Part shown: positions 9,550 to 21,071 of the stretch, one piece after another
How the letters are laid out: the number at the start of each line of letters is the position of its first letter
Numbering within the stretch: the stretch's first letter is position 1
Assembly (NCBI GenBank): GCA_051599415.1
Contig: AP039691.1
Span: 682,001 to 742,713, forward strand
Source of the DNA: Savitreella phatthalungensis
Lineage: Eukaryota
Length of the DNA: 60,713 bases
Direction: 5' to 3'
The notes under the pieces: model-generated
The model's database searches: none
Seen by the model: only the letters and a program-made list of their open reading frames with translations
What the model was told of the DNA's origin: nothing
Translations under genes and position numbers: made by a program

Positions 9550-9800
9550 TGTAAGTTTCCACAGGTCAAACTAAGATCGTGTGGTCAAAAAGCTAATGCT
9601 AGGCCTGAAGAATCGTATGTGGTGATCGGAGGCCAGCTTATATATCGCCAGAATGGCAGCTGCAGATGAGGTGTGTACGGAAGGACAAAATTAAACGCTC
9701 GGCAGATGGGATCCGCTGCTGCCGCTCGCTCTGGATCCATTGGGCCATCAAGCATTTGATTCGTGGGGTGGAGGGAAATTTGACTGCCAATGGATTAAGC

Positions 9801-10622
9801 TTACCCCACAGTAGATCGATTCGGCTCATGCCGAACAAGCTCCCACAGCTGAACACCGGCCTCTAATGCAGCATGTGATGATGCAGACCCAGAGACAGGC
9901 GTTCTCGCAGCAGGCCCCCGATCGATAGCGTCCGAAGCGGCCCGCTGACCCTTCCCTGACTCGATATCAGATAGATTGAAGTGGCGGCGACACATCTTGA
10001 TGAAGCGCTTATCTGCTTTTCTCCTGTATTTGATGGCTAGGAAGCATTTGACTCGTGAAGATGGTACGACCGATAACAATGTGTCGAGCAATGGCTGGAA
10101 GAGTGATTCGAGATAAACGCAATCGGCAAGAAGTACAACATCGTACTCTGACTTCGGTCGGGTGCCCCATGGTAATCCGAGCACGTGTCCAATGACTCCA
10201 TTGACCTCATAATTGCGCTGGATTAGCGGCAACACCGCTTCGAGATCACTTGCAGTGTATGAGGCGCCAGTTGTCTGATCGATCAGACCTGCAAGCAGGA
10301 GTGCAATGCCAACTAGACCTGTACCTGCGCCAAGCTCGAGCACCCGCTTACCCTTGAAAATAGACGCATCCTTACGCCCTTGCTGGCATAGGTAACTGGC
10401 GAGCCGTTCGGCTGCGGGCCAAAGAAGCCCTCCAGTGCCCAACATCGGATCTCGCAGGATAGTGATAGGGCGATTATTGAGCTCAGGCAATAGACAGGCG
10501 TATGACTCGCCATCGAGCGTTGATCTGGCGACCGAGGTGTCCGTCACGTGGGTGTGACAATCATCGTCTTCGAGTAGAGGCAGTGAATCGTCGAATACAG
10601 GCTGCAGCCAAGTCTCGGTCAT
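9801..10622 (-). CDS. Protein-lysine methyltransferase, family 16 (Efm6/METTL21-like); ORF extends upstream to ATG 10919
   Basis: GTGGLLWPAA, VLELGAGTGLVG, LPWG and DVVLLADCVY motifs. Confidence 0.88.
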   Translation of the reverse strand: MTETWLQPVFDDSLPLLEDDDCHTHVTDTSVARSTLDGESYACLLPELNNRPITILRDPMLGTGGLLWPAAERLASYLCQQGRKDASIFKGKRVLELGAGTGLVGIALLLAGLIDQTTGASYTASDLEAVLPLIQRNYEVNGVIGHVLGLPWGTRPKSEYDVVLLADCVYLESLFQPLLDTLLSVVPSSRVKCFLAIKYRRKADKRFIKMCRRHFNLSDIESGKGQRAASDAIDRGPAARTPVSGSASSHAALEAGVQLWELVRHEPNRSTVG

Positions 10623-11432
10623 ATCGCCCGGGGGAAGATTCCGCTGAGCGCAAGGGCGACTGGCACGCTGTCTAACCTTGATACCTTGCTGTAAATCGAC
10701 TCCAAGATCCTGTACACGAAAATGTTCCACGTGCTCCACCACCTTTACTTGCGCTATCCTATTGACTTTTAAGCAAGAGTATCGCGCGTCGCTTGATTCT
10801 AGAGGATCGGACCGGCGACTATCCGCAGTTGCTGCTTCGCTGAGCTCACACGAAACAGAGTACGGTCGTCTTGACGCGCTAGACAATAGTTTGCGCCATC
10901 GACGTGCATTCAGTACCATATTTCGGAGGATTCGCCTGCATTCGTGATCGGTTCATGTTCATGATCACAGATGTACAGTATTTTGCGACTAACATATGTA
11001 CATTTGAACAAGCAGGCGCTCGACGAGCACGTCGCGAGACATCAAGTAGTCATCACCTTACACGCTCAATAGTCCGCTATTCAGAAGTGGCGCAGAGCGA
11101 AAGCTGTCATCTGTGTCGTCTTTCCTGACCGCGCGGCTGCCTCGACTCGAAGAAGAACATGATTAGCGACGGCCAGCTCGACTCACTAGCCAGCGGCTTC
11201 GGGATTAGTATATGCTCACGATCTGACCCCGATTTGCCATTCACTGACTTAAATCTGCAGCAATGATGGTCCTCATTGTTCTTTACCATTATCTGAACGT
11301 CAACGCAAGACCAACGGAGAAAAACACTTCACGAGGAGGATGACATGAATGTCGGGACGACTTTAATGACTCTAGCTTCGCGTCGGGAATTAATAGACTC
11401 GGAAGACTTTCACCAAAGCAAGATACAAGGCT

Positions 11433-12983
11433 TCAAGGTGTTAGCTGTCGAACCATTGGTGTTGAGCTCTTGACAGGACTCCTCTGCCGCTTGATGAATT
11501 GTTGTGTGCGTCGAGCCGTGTTTGCTATACCCCGCTGAACGCGCATCGATCGCGTTCTGTTTACGGCTGCATCTTCCAGAATTGTTTGCGTCCTTGTCGG
11601 CGCCTCAGACGGAATGTCGGAATGATATCCTCGATCTAAGAGCTCGATATCGTCGGCGCAAACAAGCTTAACACCGGCCAGGCGTTGTGTGGTGACCGGC
11701 TGTAGCGCGACTGTAGAGTGGAAGGCCGGCGGGGTCCGCGATCTCGATAGTATTTGCCGTTCTTGAAAAGCAGAAGCCGTCAGGTCGAGTGAATGTCGAG
11801 AATACAGGACGCCTTCTCGCGTTGTTGGCCGTGTCTGAATCCCTGCCAAACCCTGCGCCTCTATGTCGGCTTGTTGGACTCGCACCCTCATTTTTCGAAG
11901 TTCACTTGGCGTGCGACGCGTCAGCTCGGGCAGAAGTTCTGCAAGCAGTAAATCGAATATACGCAGTAGCAGCACTGCATTACAGGCTGCCGATGACCAA
12001 AATGGCATGTCAATACCGATGAGTGCTTCGACCCGTGAACGCAGGGATGCCTGCTCCTCCTCATCTGGAGGCTCTGCCATAGGCATTGGACGACCATCGG
12101 GAAATAGCAGTGCACGACAGAATCGCGCGGCCCTGGTCATCGTAGCGCGCTCCGTCATCGTGCGAATTGTTTGCTGTATGTACGTGACAAGAGAATTGCC
12201 ACATACGAGGTCTATTGCTGGGAAAACCATGGAGATGAGAAGCGCATGAATAAGCGGAGACACACATCGTGCGAGGGCAGTACCAATGATGTCGAAGATA
12301 AATGTTTCGTACAGAGACTTCACGTCTCGATTGTTGCTCTGGGTCGGGACAGCAGCCCACATCTTGGCGTTCCACAGACGCGACAAACAGAAGCCGATGC
12401 TCTGCCGCCAGCTAGGCATGTGTCTGCTATGTAGCCGGAGCAATAAACTATCGATGAACCACGGCTGCGAGAGTCGATCGATCAATGCACGCAGAACCAG
12501 ATCCGCGAGTAACTCACGAAGAAAGCTGTAGGCAACATCGCTAGACAAGTCCTCGAACGGTAAGAATAGTACCAGCAGCCCATCAGCGATATCAGCGCGA
12601 TAGCATTCTGGATTCTGTCTCCCGGAGTGGTCGCATAACTCGAGAAACGCGTCTTCGTGAGTCTGGTGGGGCAAGCGCCGCTCAGATGCTGCGTTAAAAT
12701 CCTGCAGAAAGCGAACGATTTCTCGAGGGATCTTCTCCTCGATGAATTGCTGCCAAGCAACTGAGTTACTACGCTCCGCAACCTGAGCGTACAATGTTTC
12801 TGTCAATTCCGTAAGTTGCGCCAACAATTGGCGATCGTCGGTCAGAGCGTCGTACCACCCGGCGACATGCTGCTCCACCAGAAGGCCTGCGAGCAATTGA
12901 ACCTCCGCCTTCAGCTCATCATGCTCCGACATCGGATGATCACATGCTGCTTGCGTCGTACGTGCGGTACAGGCTACGTGCAT
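11433..12983 (-). CDS. PXA-domain protein (pxa1-like); start 12983 or 12932
   Basis: HVAGWYDALTDD and LFLPFEDLSSDVAYSFLRELLADLVLRALIDRLSQPWFI are PXA domain features. Confidence 0.75.
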   Translation of the reverse strand: MHVACTARTTQAACDHPMSEHDELKAEVQLLAGLLVEQHVAGWYDALTDDRQLLAQLTELTETLYAQVAERSNSVAWQQFIEEKIPREIVRFLQDFNAASERRLPHQTHEDAFLELCDHSGRQNPECYRADIADGLLVLFLPFEDLSSDVAYSFLRELLADLVLRALIDRLSQPWFIDSLLLRLHSRHMPSWRQSIGFCLSRLWNAKMWAAVPTQSNNRDVKSLYETFIFDIIGTALARCVSPLIHALLISMVFPAIDLVCGNSLVTYIQQTIRTMTERATMTRAARFCRALLFPDGRPMPMAEPPDEEEQASLRSRVEALIGIDMPFWSSAACNAVLLLRIFDLLLAELLPELTRRTPSELRKMRVRVQQADIEAQGLAGIQTRPTTREGVLYSRHSLDLTASAFQERQILSRSRTPPAFHSTVALQPVTTQRLAGVKLVCADDIELLDRGYHSDIPSEAPTRTQTILEDAAVNRTRSMRVQRGIANTARRTQQFIKRQRSPVKSSTPMVRQLTP

Positions 12984-13187
12984 GTAGTTTTCTACTTGCT
13001 AAATTAGTTCCAACATCAACTGAGTATATCGATCTCCTCGTAAACTAATTGATATACGACGTGGACCGTCTGGGGATCGAAATAATGCAGCATATGAACG
13101 TAAGTACTAGCAATGTCCTAGCTGTCGAAGATACTCCCGTTTGTACACCAGGCGGTCGAAGGAGTTCAATTCAGCACCAGCACAGCG

Positions 13188-14318
13188 CTAAACATGTTGC
13201 GAATTGTCAGATGTCTCGGCAGCTGCGTTGCCAGGTTTTTCTTCGGTATCGATGTGCCAGACGACGTAGTTCGGTAACCCAATGACGCGGAGACCCGCAC
13301 GCCGTGCCATCTTTGCGAAACCCTCTGTCTCAGCTTGATTCTCAAAAGCGTAGGCTGGGAAATTGATGCCCATTCGATGCACATCGGCCTTGACAAGTAT
13401 TGCTACACCGCCGACGCCATCCAGTTCAACCTCCTCATGTGGGTCACGAGAAAGGTCGCCCAGGCGACATAGATATTTGCGCCTCGTTTCATATTCCTTA
13501 TAGCCCTCGGCAAGCACGACGTTAGGGTCCAGCGTCTTGCGCAGCTCCAGCGCCGTGTCCGAATCAACCCATGAGTTGTAGTCGAACCTTCCCTGGATAT
13601 CCTGGCCTTCGGCATTAAACCGATGAAACCAAATCGCAGGAACCGTAATATCCGCGTCATGAGCCGCCAAGTCTTCGACAAGCGTCGCCTTCATCTCGAC
13701 TATATCGACATCGAGCCAAAGAACCCAGCTGTGATGTGTCCCCAACGCAGCGGCCAACAGATGGTTGCGCGCTCTGCCCAACGACTTGCGGCGGATGGCC
13801 TGGTAAGCGAAAGCATGGCGATCCTCAACGCCCTGTGAAGTCTCAGATGAGCCAAAGTCCTTGTGCAAAATCGCTGCACCGTGGAATGCGTTCTTCGAGC
13901 GCTGCAACAGTCCAATGTGCTGCTCGAGCGCGGCTTCTGTGCCGTCTTTACTATCAGATACCAGCAGGGCTAGGTCGATCAAATCGTGCGGATACGTCAG
14001 GTCTCCTAATAATTCGAAGAACTTGGGCAAATATGGCACTGCGTCGCGTACTGGGACCAAGATGAGTAGGCGTTCTCGCGAAGCTGCCGGAGTCCTTGAA
14101 GTCGAAACGCCATTTAGCTGAACTCTTACGGCCTTATTGGCAAAGGCGCGAATAGGCGACAGCGACTCGAGTCTGTCCTGCCATCTATTCAGATCCTTGT
14201 CGAAAGGGCTGTGCAGAAATCCCGGATCAAGTTCAGAGGTTCGCCGACCGATGAAGATAAGGAGCACTACGAGGACGAGTGCGATAGGCACGAGAAGGCG
14301 TTTCCTTCCAGCGAGCAT
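13188..14318 (-). CDS. MNN9: Mannan polymerase subunit (Anp1/GT62 family), type II membrane protein
   Basis: N-terminal TM segment; LTYPHDLIDL, WVLWLDVDI (DxD), FDYNSW and ETEGFAKMA...GLPNYVVWHIDTEEK motifs. Confidence 0.88.
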   Translation of the reverse strand: MLAGRKRLLVPIALVLVVLLIFIGRRTSELDPGFLHSPFDKDLNRWQDRLESLSPIRAFANKAVRVQLNGVSTSRTPAASRERLLILVPVRDAVPYLPKFFELLGDLTYPHDLIDLALLVSDSKDGTEAALEQHIGLLQRSKNAFHGAAILHKDFGSSETSQGVEDRHAFAYQAIRRKSLGRARNHLLAAALGTHHSWVLWLDVDIVEMKATLVEDLAAHDADITVPAIWFHRFNAEGQDIQGRFDYNSWVDSDTALELRKTLDPNVVLAEGYKEYETRRKYLCRLGDLSRDPHEEVELDGVGGVAILVKADVHRMGINFPAYAFENQAETEGFAKMARRAGLRVIGLPNYVVWHIDTEEKPGNAAAETSDNSQHV

Positions 14319-15468
14319 CGAGTTCGCGTTTCGGATAGATAGACACGTTCCACGTGTGCAATGCCATGCACTTTCACCAACAGAAAAAAAAATTCGCGCG
14401 GTATGACAATGCTAGTGGTGCTTAAGCACAGTCGTTGTACGGACGTTGTATTTGATGATCTGCTATGGCAAATCCGTGGGCCGCTCCGTTCCAGCTTTCT
14501 ATTTGTCGGCAGAACGGCCCGTTAGTGAAGAACACTCCTATGTATAGCCGATAATCGAACAGGTCGAAGCCAAAGTCTCGAGGCTATTGGCAGCCACATG
14601 CAGGCACATTCCTGTGAACCTGAGTAAATAGATCGAATTATAGTCTGCAATGCATCAGCACAGTCATTCGGATAATTGCTTTCACGCTCACTCGGATCGA
14701 GCGATGGATCCTGAACGTCTCGGTGGCCACTGAAGCATTTCAGGATCTAACGAGGATCATGAGCTCAAACACAGTACGCAAAGGACAGGTCTCTACACAG
14801 AATCTTTCAAGCAACCAGATCGATCAAGGCGTGCTTGTGGGCTCCTAGCCAGGGGTCAAAGAAGCGGTGTACATAAGACGAAGAATGTGATCATTTTCGT
14901 ACGTACAATGAGCAGGACTCAGATCTGGACAGCCGGGTGTATACTTGATGGTCTCGTGCTCGACATTTATTCACTGATTAGGTGCGGATAGACACACCTA
15001 CGAATTCCGTATATCAATACACAGTACGGATTCACAGTAACATAGTAGTTTAAATTATGTATAAGATAAATTGCAAATCGCTTGCTTAGACTTTGATATT
15101 TGTACAGTAGTAGCTAGTCATTGCCCTTATCAACTGATCTCTAGCGAGGTGTACGAACGGCCAAATGGTTGCAGCAGGGCTCCATCTCAATTCGCGTGAT
15201 GTACAGATTACAATTTCTTATTTCAAATTTGTGGTCCCTTCTGCTCTTTAATTCGCTTTATTTACATCTAATCCTTCTGCATGAAAAGGAGTGGATACGC
15301 CGTCAGAAAAATCATCGAGGCTAGCGGCAGAGGAAATCACAGATTGACTGCGCTACTCAGCTTGATCCAACCGTACATTACGAGCTTTAAGCGCACAAGC
15401 TTGACAGAGAGCGAACTAGCTGGTGATCCAGGACAGACCTATCCACCGAGGGAGAGCCAGATCTCTAG

Positions 15469-15594
15469 ACACGCACCACATACCACACACAGCACACCGC
15501 ACACACACCTCACGCACACCACACACACCACACACACCACACACACCACACACACCACACACACACACCACACACCTCACACAGCATACACACC
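15469..15594. repeat. Imperfect CA-rich minisatellite, core (CACACACCA)n
   Basis: Several consecutive 9-mers within a ~125-bp C/A tract upstream of RHO1. Confidence 0.9.
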
Positions 15595-15857
15595 GACCTG
15601 AGACACAGGCGAATCTCTCACACAATCTCATAGACGCATACCACATTCGACTCCATCGAGCTGCGAGAGGTCTGAACGCGCAAATTCCGTCACGCATATA
15701 CACATCGGTTACTGGACAAACGTCGCAACAGGTCACGCATCGCGTCCTTCCGCTGCGCGCTCTTAAGTCCGTTTATCCCTCGCGCCTGAACTACGCGACA
15801 CTCAAATAGATCCCAGTCGCCTGAACGACACACATTCGCCACTTACTTTGCGCGATC

Positions 15858-16616
15858 ATGACGTCCGAGATTCGACGCAAGCTTGTCATCGTCGGAGATG
15901 GGTAGGTTCATTTCATCCGCGTCCCAAATCTCATCCTGGCCGGAATTACTAACCAGCAGCGCGTGTGGAAAGAGTATGCTTTGAATCTTCTATCTTTGAT
16001 ACAGCATTCGGCCCATGTCAGGAACTGACCGATACCAGCTTGTCTATTGATTGTCTTCTCAAAGGGCACATTCCCCGAGGTATACGTGCCGACCGTCTTC
16101 GAGAACTATGTTGCAGATGTGGAGGTGGATGGCAAGCACGTCGAGCTAGCGCTGTGGGATACTGCTGGTCAAGAAGATTACGATCGTCTCCGTCCGTTAT
16201 CCTACCCAGACTCCCACGTCATTCTCATTTGTTTCTCGATCGATTCCCCGGACTCCCTCGACAATGTGCAAGAGAAGGTTCGTTCCGACGATTTGTCCGT
16301 CCAGAGCCTCACTGACTTTTTTACTCAGTGGATTTCCGAAGTTATGCACTTCTGTTCAGCCCTGCCCATCATTCTTGTAGGCACAAAGCGCGACCTCCGC
16401 TACGACCACAAGGTGATTGAGGAGCTTCGCAAGACGAATCAGGCACCTGTCACCACGGAAGAGGCCGAAGCGGTTGCAAAGAAGATTGGCGCTGTTCGAT
16501 ACCTCGAGTGCTCGGCCAAGACGAACGAGGGTGTACGCGAGGTCTTTGAGCACGCAACCAGGTCTGCAATGCTGGCAAAGACGAGCAAGAAGGGCAAGAA
16601 GTGCACGATCCTCTGA
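15858..16616 (+). CDS. RHO1: Rho1 GTPase; exons 15858-15901, 15960-15973, 16039-16277, 16329-16616
   Basis: Spliced [43 protein letters not shown]...[19 protein letters not shown]-terminal CAAX CTIL; three canonical introns. Confidence 0.96.
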
Positions 16617-16968
16617 TTGACACGGCCGTACCTTCTCCCAGATTTTAGCGTCACCATCCGTTCGCTATGCCGCCTCTAAACAACGAACATCAACCCATCG
16701 TAGTGTCTACCTCTATTATGAATCTTAGAGCGAAGGACAACTTTCTGATTAATTCGTGCCCTTGCTCTGGATGTGGTGGGCAATTGCATGAATATGTGTG
16801 CGGTTGCTATGCAACTACAGAGAATTGTTTTTATTTCAGCACCAACACTTCATCAGGATATTACTTCACATATAGAAGTTCAGATCTTCCTGAGACGATT
16901 GGTCAGGTATAAGACGGCCAACTATCAGCAAAGGGCGACTACAGCGCGCATCATCTTTAGCTTCTCTC

Positions 16969-17478
16969 ATGAGATTTGCAATCGTCGTCGCTTTCGCTGG
17001 ATTGCTGTCCGGCGCGAGCGCTGCATCAGTAGCTGCATCGCCGACGTCATTGCCCAGCCTGTCCGGCACCACGCCGCCGTCGTGCCTTTTGGCGTGTGCA
17101 ACAACGACTGGCTGTCAATCTCCGGGTGACATGGGCTGCCAATGCAGCTCCACGGGTGGTGCAGCTATGCAGCGATGCATTGCAAGAGCCTGCAACGACG
17201 ACCATTCTCTAGCACTAACCTGGTTTGCCAGTCGATGCGCCGAAGTTGGCCAGCGGCTCCAGGTGGCAAGTCTCGCATCTGCACCCTCGACTGGAGTCTC
17301 CTCTTCGGTTCTTCAGGCCAGCAGTACGGTACAGAACCGCGCCTCTTCGAGCCGTCCGGCCAATGCAGCCACGTCGTCATCGTCAACACAGCGTAGCGGG
17401 GCAAGCGCCACCACACTACCACGGGGAGAATTACTTGCCGTCTTCGTCCTCGCCGGCATGTACTTTATGACTATGTAA
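16969..17478 (+). CDS. CFEM-domain, probably GPI-anchored cell-surface protein
   Basis: Signal peptide, 8-Cys CFEM spacing (PPSCLLAC..GC..DMGCQC..RC..AC..RC), Ser/Thr-rich stalk, hydrophobic C-terminus. Confidence 0.82.
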   Translation: MRFAIVVAFAGLLSGASAASVAASPTSLPSLSGTTPPSCLLACATTTGCQSPGDMGCQCSSTGGAAMQRCIARACNDDHSLALTWFASRCAEVGQRLQVASLASAPSTGVSSSVLQASSTVQNRASSSRPANAATSSSSTQRSGASATTLPRGELLAVFVLAGMYFMTM

Positions 17479-17698
17479 TCAGCCTCTGAGAGCCTCATGA
17501 GGTCTCTATTGATCAGTTTGCAATATCCGGATCGCATGACAGCATCCGGGTCAGAATGAATAAATCTCTTCTAAATTGTTGTATTAGCGGTTACGCGAAT
17601 AGCTAGGCCAGGCCATGCACAAGATTAGCGTGCAGTCGTCCAAATATTTGATCGCGACAGAACGACAACAGTCAGGATCTACCAACGCGCCAGGGTGA

Positions 17699-19171
17699 AT
17701 GCGGCCCGCAAGTCCGACCAAAACGTTAACGTCCAGGGGGCCGAATGCAATGGACATCGGATCGCAGCTGACGCGTGATACGAGCCGCATGAGCAAGACA
17801 ATGCTAGAGAAAGCAGCCACAACTAAGCTCAAGCTCGAGCATTTTTACAAGGTAGCTGTGGAGCACGCCGTCGAGCGCAATGCTCGCCGCGTCGATCTCG
17901 AGACCCGTCTCCTGCAAGAGCGTGGTAGTGAAGAGCGAAAGTCCAGACAACTCCGCGGACTCGGACAGAAAGAGTCGCAGTTTCTGCGCTTACGTAGAAC
18001 CAGACTCGGGCTGGATGACTTTCATACAGTGAAAGTCATTGGAAAAGGCGCTTTCGGAGAAGTACGCCTCGTACAGAAGGCCGATACTGGAAAAATCTTC
18101 GCCATGAAAACGCTTCTCAAGTCGGAGATGTTCAAAAAGGACCAGTTGGCACATGTCAAGGCAGAGCGCGACGTTCTTGCAGAGGCAGATTCTCCCTGGG
18201 TGGTCTCACTGTATTATTCCTTCCAAGATGCTGACTATCTGTATCTGATCATGGAGTTCCTGCCTGGCGGCGACCTCATGACGATGCTCATCAAGTATGA
18301 TACTTTTTCGGAAGACGTTACTCGCTTCTACATGGGAGAATGCGTGCTCGCAATCGAGGCCATCCACAAGCTCGGATTCATTCATCGTGATATCAAGCCG
18401 GACAACATTCTCATTGACGAGCGTGGTCACATCAAGCTTTCTGATTTTGGCCTTTCGACAGGCTTCCACAAGACACATGATTCCGCATACTACCAGCGTC
18501 TTCTGGAAGGCAAGCTTCCGGCAAGCCAGAACGGGATGGCTAGCAACAATCGTCACTCTGTCATGAACGACCAGATCTTCATGACTTTATCATCGAAGGA
18601 CAAGATTGCAACCTGGAAAGCGAATCGTAAAGTGATGGCCTATTCGACCGTCGGTACGCCGGACTACATTGCGCCGGAGATCTTCTTGCAGCAGGGTTAC
18701 GGCATGGAGTGTGATTGGTGGTCGCTTGGAGCGATCATGTTTGAATGTCTGGTCGGCTGGCCGCCTTTCTGCTCGGAGAATGCGCACGAGACGTACCGGA
18801 AGATTCTCAACTGGCGTGAGACTTTGTACTTTCCTGATGACGTGCATCTTTCAGCGGAGGCTGAAGACCTCATTCGAAGACTTCTCACATCTGCTGACCG
18901 CCGCCTCAATATCGATCAGATCAAGAATCATCCATTCTTCAGGGGTGTGGATTGGGCAACAATTCGTGACGTCGAGGCGCCGTTCGTTCCGCAGCTGAAG
19001 TCTATCACTGATACATCTTACTTTCCGACGGAAGACCTGGAGAACGTTGATCCCAATCCCAATCCCAGGCCGACTGCCCCTGCGCAAACGGCGGGTCTTG
19101 AGGGCGAAGGTGGTCTAGCATTCGTCGGTTATACGTACAAACGCTTTGAGAAGGTTGGCGGAGCATTGTGA
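17699..19171 (+). CDS. CBK1: NDR kinase Cbk1/Orb6/COT-1
   Basis: Mob-binding N-terminal region ([10 protein letters not shown]), [32 protein letters not shown] and hydrophobic motif FVGYTY. Confidence 0.95.
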   Translation: MRPASPTKTLTSRGPNAMDIGSQLTRDTSRMSKTMLEKAATTKLKLEHFYKVAVEHAVERNARRVDLETRLLQERGSEERKSRQLRGLGQKESQFLRLRRTRLGLDDFHTVKVIGKGAFGEVRLVQKADTGKIFAMKTLLKSEMFKKDQLAHVKAERDVLAEADSPWVVSLYYSFQDADYLYLIMEFLPGGDLMTMLIKYDTFSEDVTRFYMGECVLAIEAIHKLGFIHRDIKPDNILIDERGHIKLSDFGLSTGFHKTHDSAYYQRLLEGKLPASQNGMASNNRHSVMNDQIFMTLSSKDKIATWKANRKVMAYSTVGTPDYIAPEIFLQQGYGMECDWWSLGAIMFECLVGWPPFCSENAHETYRKILNWRETLYFPDDVHLSAEAEDLIRRLLTSADRRLNIDQIKNHPFFRGVDWATIRDVEAPFVPQLKSITDTSYFPTEDLENVDPNPNPRPTAPAQTAGLEGEGGLAFVGYTYKRFEKVGGAL

Positions 19172-21071
19172 TCGGCCTGCTCGCAAGACCTGCACAGGTC
19201 AGGTGCGCGACGACTTGACAAAGCACTATTTCAGCGTTTGAGCGTGGGTCCGCTCCTGTCCGATGTCGCGATGGCTAGCCAGGAATTGTGCGGACTTTCG
19301 GATGTTGCCACGCGGGTCACTTCAGCGCATGCTATAGTTTTGGCTATCATCGTTGAAGTTCAATATGATGTTATGATTCATTGGCCATGTTGAAAGTGCT
19401 TCGAATGTGCAACTTCCTTTGCATAAAGAAAAATGTTTACCCGCACAATAAGATCCCGAGATTAGCTTTTTCTCCCATGCGGTTCGTGCATGCAACCAGG
19501 TGCTACATAATCTGTGCTGACATGTGAAATTCCATCTACCTGTACGGAATTGATGCTGCGGAACTGATGGGCGGCGATCACTACATTTCCCCAGACCGTC
19601 GTATCCTGTATCTCGCGTGGAGTTCGCTTGAAGGGCTCGGTACAGTGGAGTTTGTATGAAAACACCACCACCGGCATACGGCCAGCTTGTCCTGGCAGTT
19701 CCTGTGGCAGACGACCACCAAGCACACAGGTTATCGAGGGTACTTTGATACACATTGGTGAAATCAGTCTCGATGCGTCACGATGCCGAGTCAGGCCCTA
19801 TGTGGCGTCACAACCACGTTATCCAGCGGTCAGCTAGCGCGGGCTTTCGCCAGAAGAAATGAAAGCCGGCGGCTCGGATAAGGGTGATAATGGAGCTTAA
19901 GTGAGGACGATCTGAAGGAAGCAAATGGGAGAGAATCCTGCAACAGCTACTCTGTGGCTCTGTGCTAGGGAGCCGTCCATTTGTCCATCACCTCTTCAAA
20001 CGAGTCCGATTGGACCCCGCCAAAACTATTTTTCATCAATCATTTCGATACAGTCAAATTCGTGGTAAACTGCCTAGCCCTATGTCAATATGCAGAGCCT
20101 CATCAGGGCAAGTTGACTCTAAACCCGGTAACATTCCTTCTTTGTGAATAGCGATTCTTTCGAGATGTATCCAGCGCAGGTGAAAATCCAGATAACTCGT
20201 GTTCTCGCGCAATCGGCTCTGCAAGCAGACTGCAACACCCGGTTGGCAATCTTGGACAATCTCAAATATCTTCTCCAGGTTTGCAGATTCTGTCTGTTAT
20301 TTGCTATGTAGTCAACTTGCAACACGTCTCAGATTGAAAGCCCCTTTTCTGAATTCAAATCAAGTCGTCTATCTGAGTGAGGAGCATAGCTGCAAAGGTA
20401 TCACAATCCTGATGGCTCCTGGCTTGAAAGCTATTTTTTCATCCATCCAGAGCCCTACTTGGACAAGTGTCAATGGGAGGTACCATCAGATTGAGGTGAA
20501 AAAGGAAGTCAGTGAGATACTGACGACACCCAAACAGTTTGACTTTTCACAGGATGATTTGTGGATGAGGAGTAGCGAAGGCAGATTCTACCAAACGTGG
20601 AAGGCTCATGTGTTCCATTCCACACACACAAGCTGATGACTCAATGCTTTACTTATGTCAATGTGTGCGTGCAGGCAATGGAAGCCAGAAACAAGGAGCA
20701 AGTCAGTAATAGTTAAAGAAAGAGAGTTTTCGAGCGAATTTGCTTATGAGGAAATAACAACAGGCGAGGTCAGTTCCTCGGAGTCTTTGACATATACTGT
20801 ATAGTCAAAGTCTAAAAAGCGCCCTGCCCTTATCAGTATTGCATCTCTCGATATATTGTGTCTTTCGACACGACAAGACTACAGGTCACTTGAGCAGTCT
20901 TGCGTCGACAAGGTCAAACCGATCGAAGTGAAGACACACTGCCTTTGATCACGCAACAGACATACGATTGACCTCTTGCGATTCAGAATGTCGCTCCACC
21001 ACGGCCGAACTTAAGACGACGAGCACATCATTATTGACACCCGGTCACGGAGTCCGCATCGCAGTACCACG

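Noticed and set aside
11150..11300. Several CTGA boxes suggesting C/D snoRNAs
   Set aside because: No good C box, terminal stem or convincing rRNA complementarity.
15281..15809. His/Thr/Pro- and Cys/Val/Gly-repeat ORFs
   Set aside because: Translations of the CA minisatellite; no coding evidence.
19885..19900. AATGGAGCTTA resembling RNase MRP conserved region V
   Set aside because: No matching upstream CR-I/P4 partner found.
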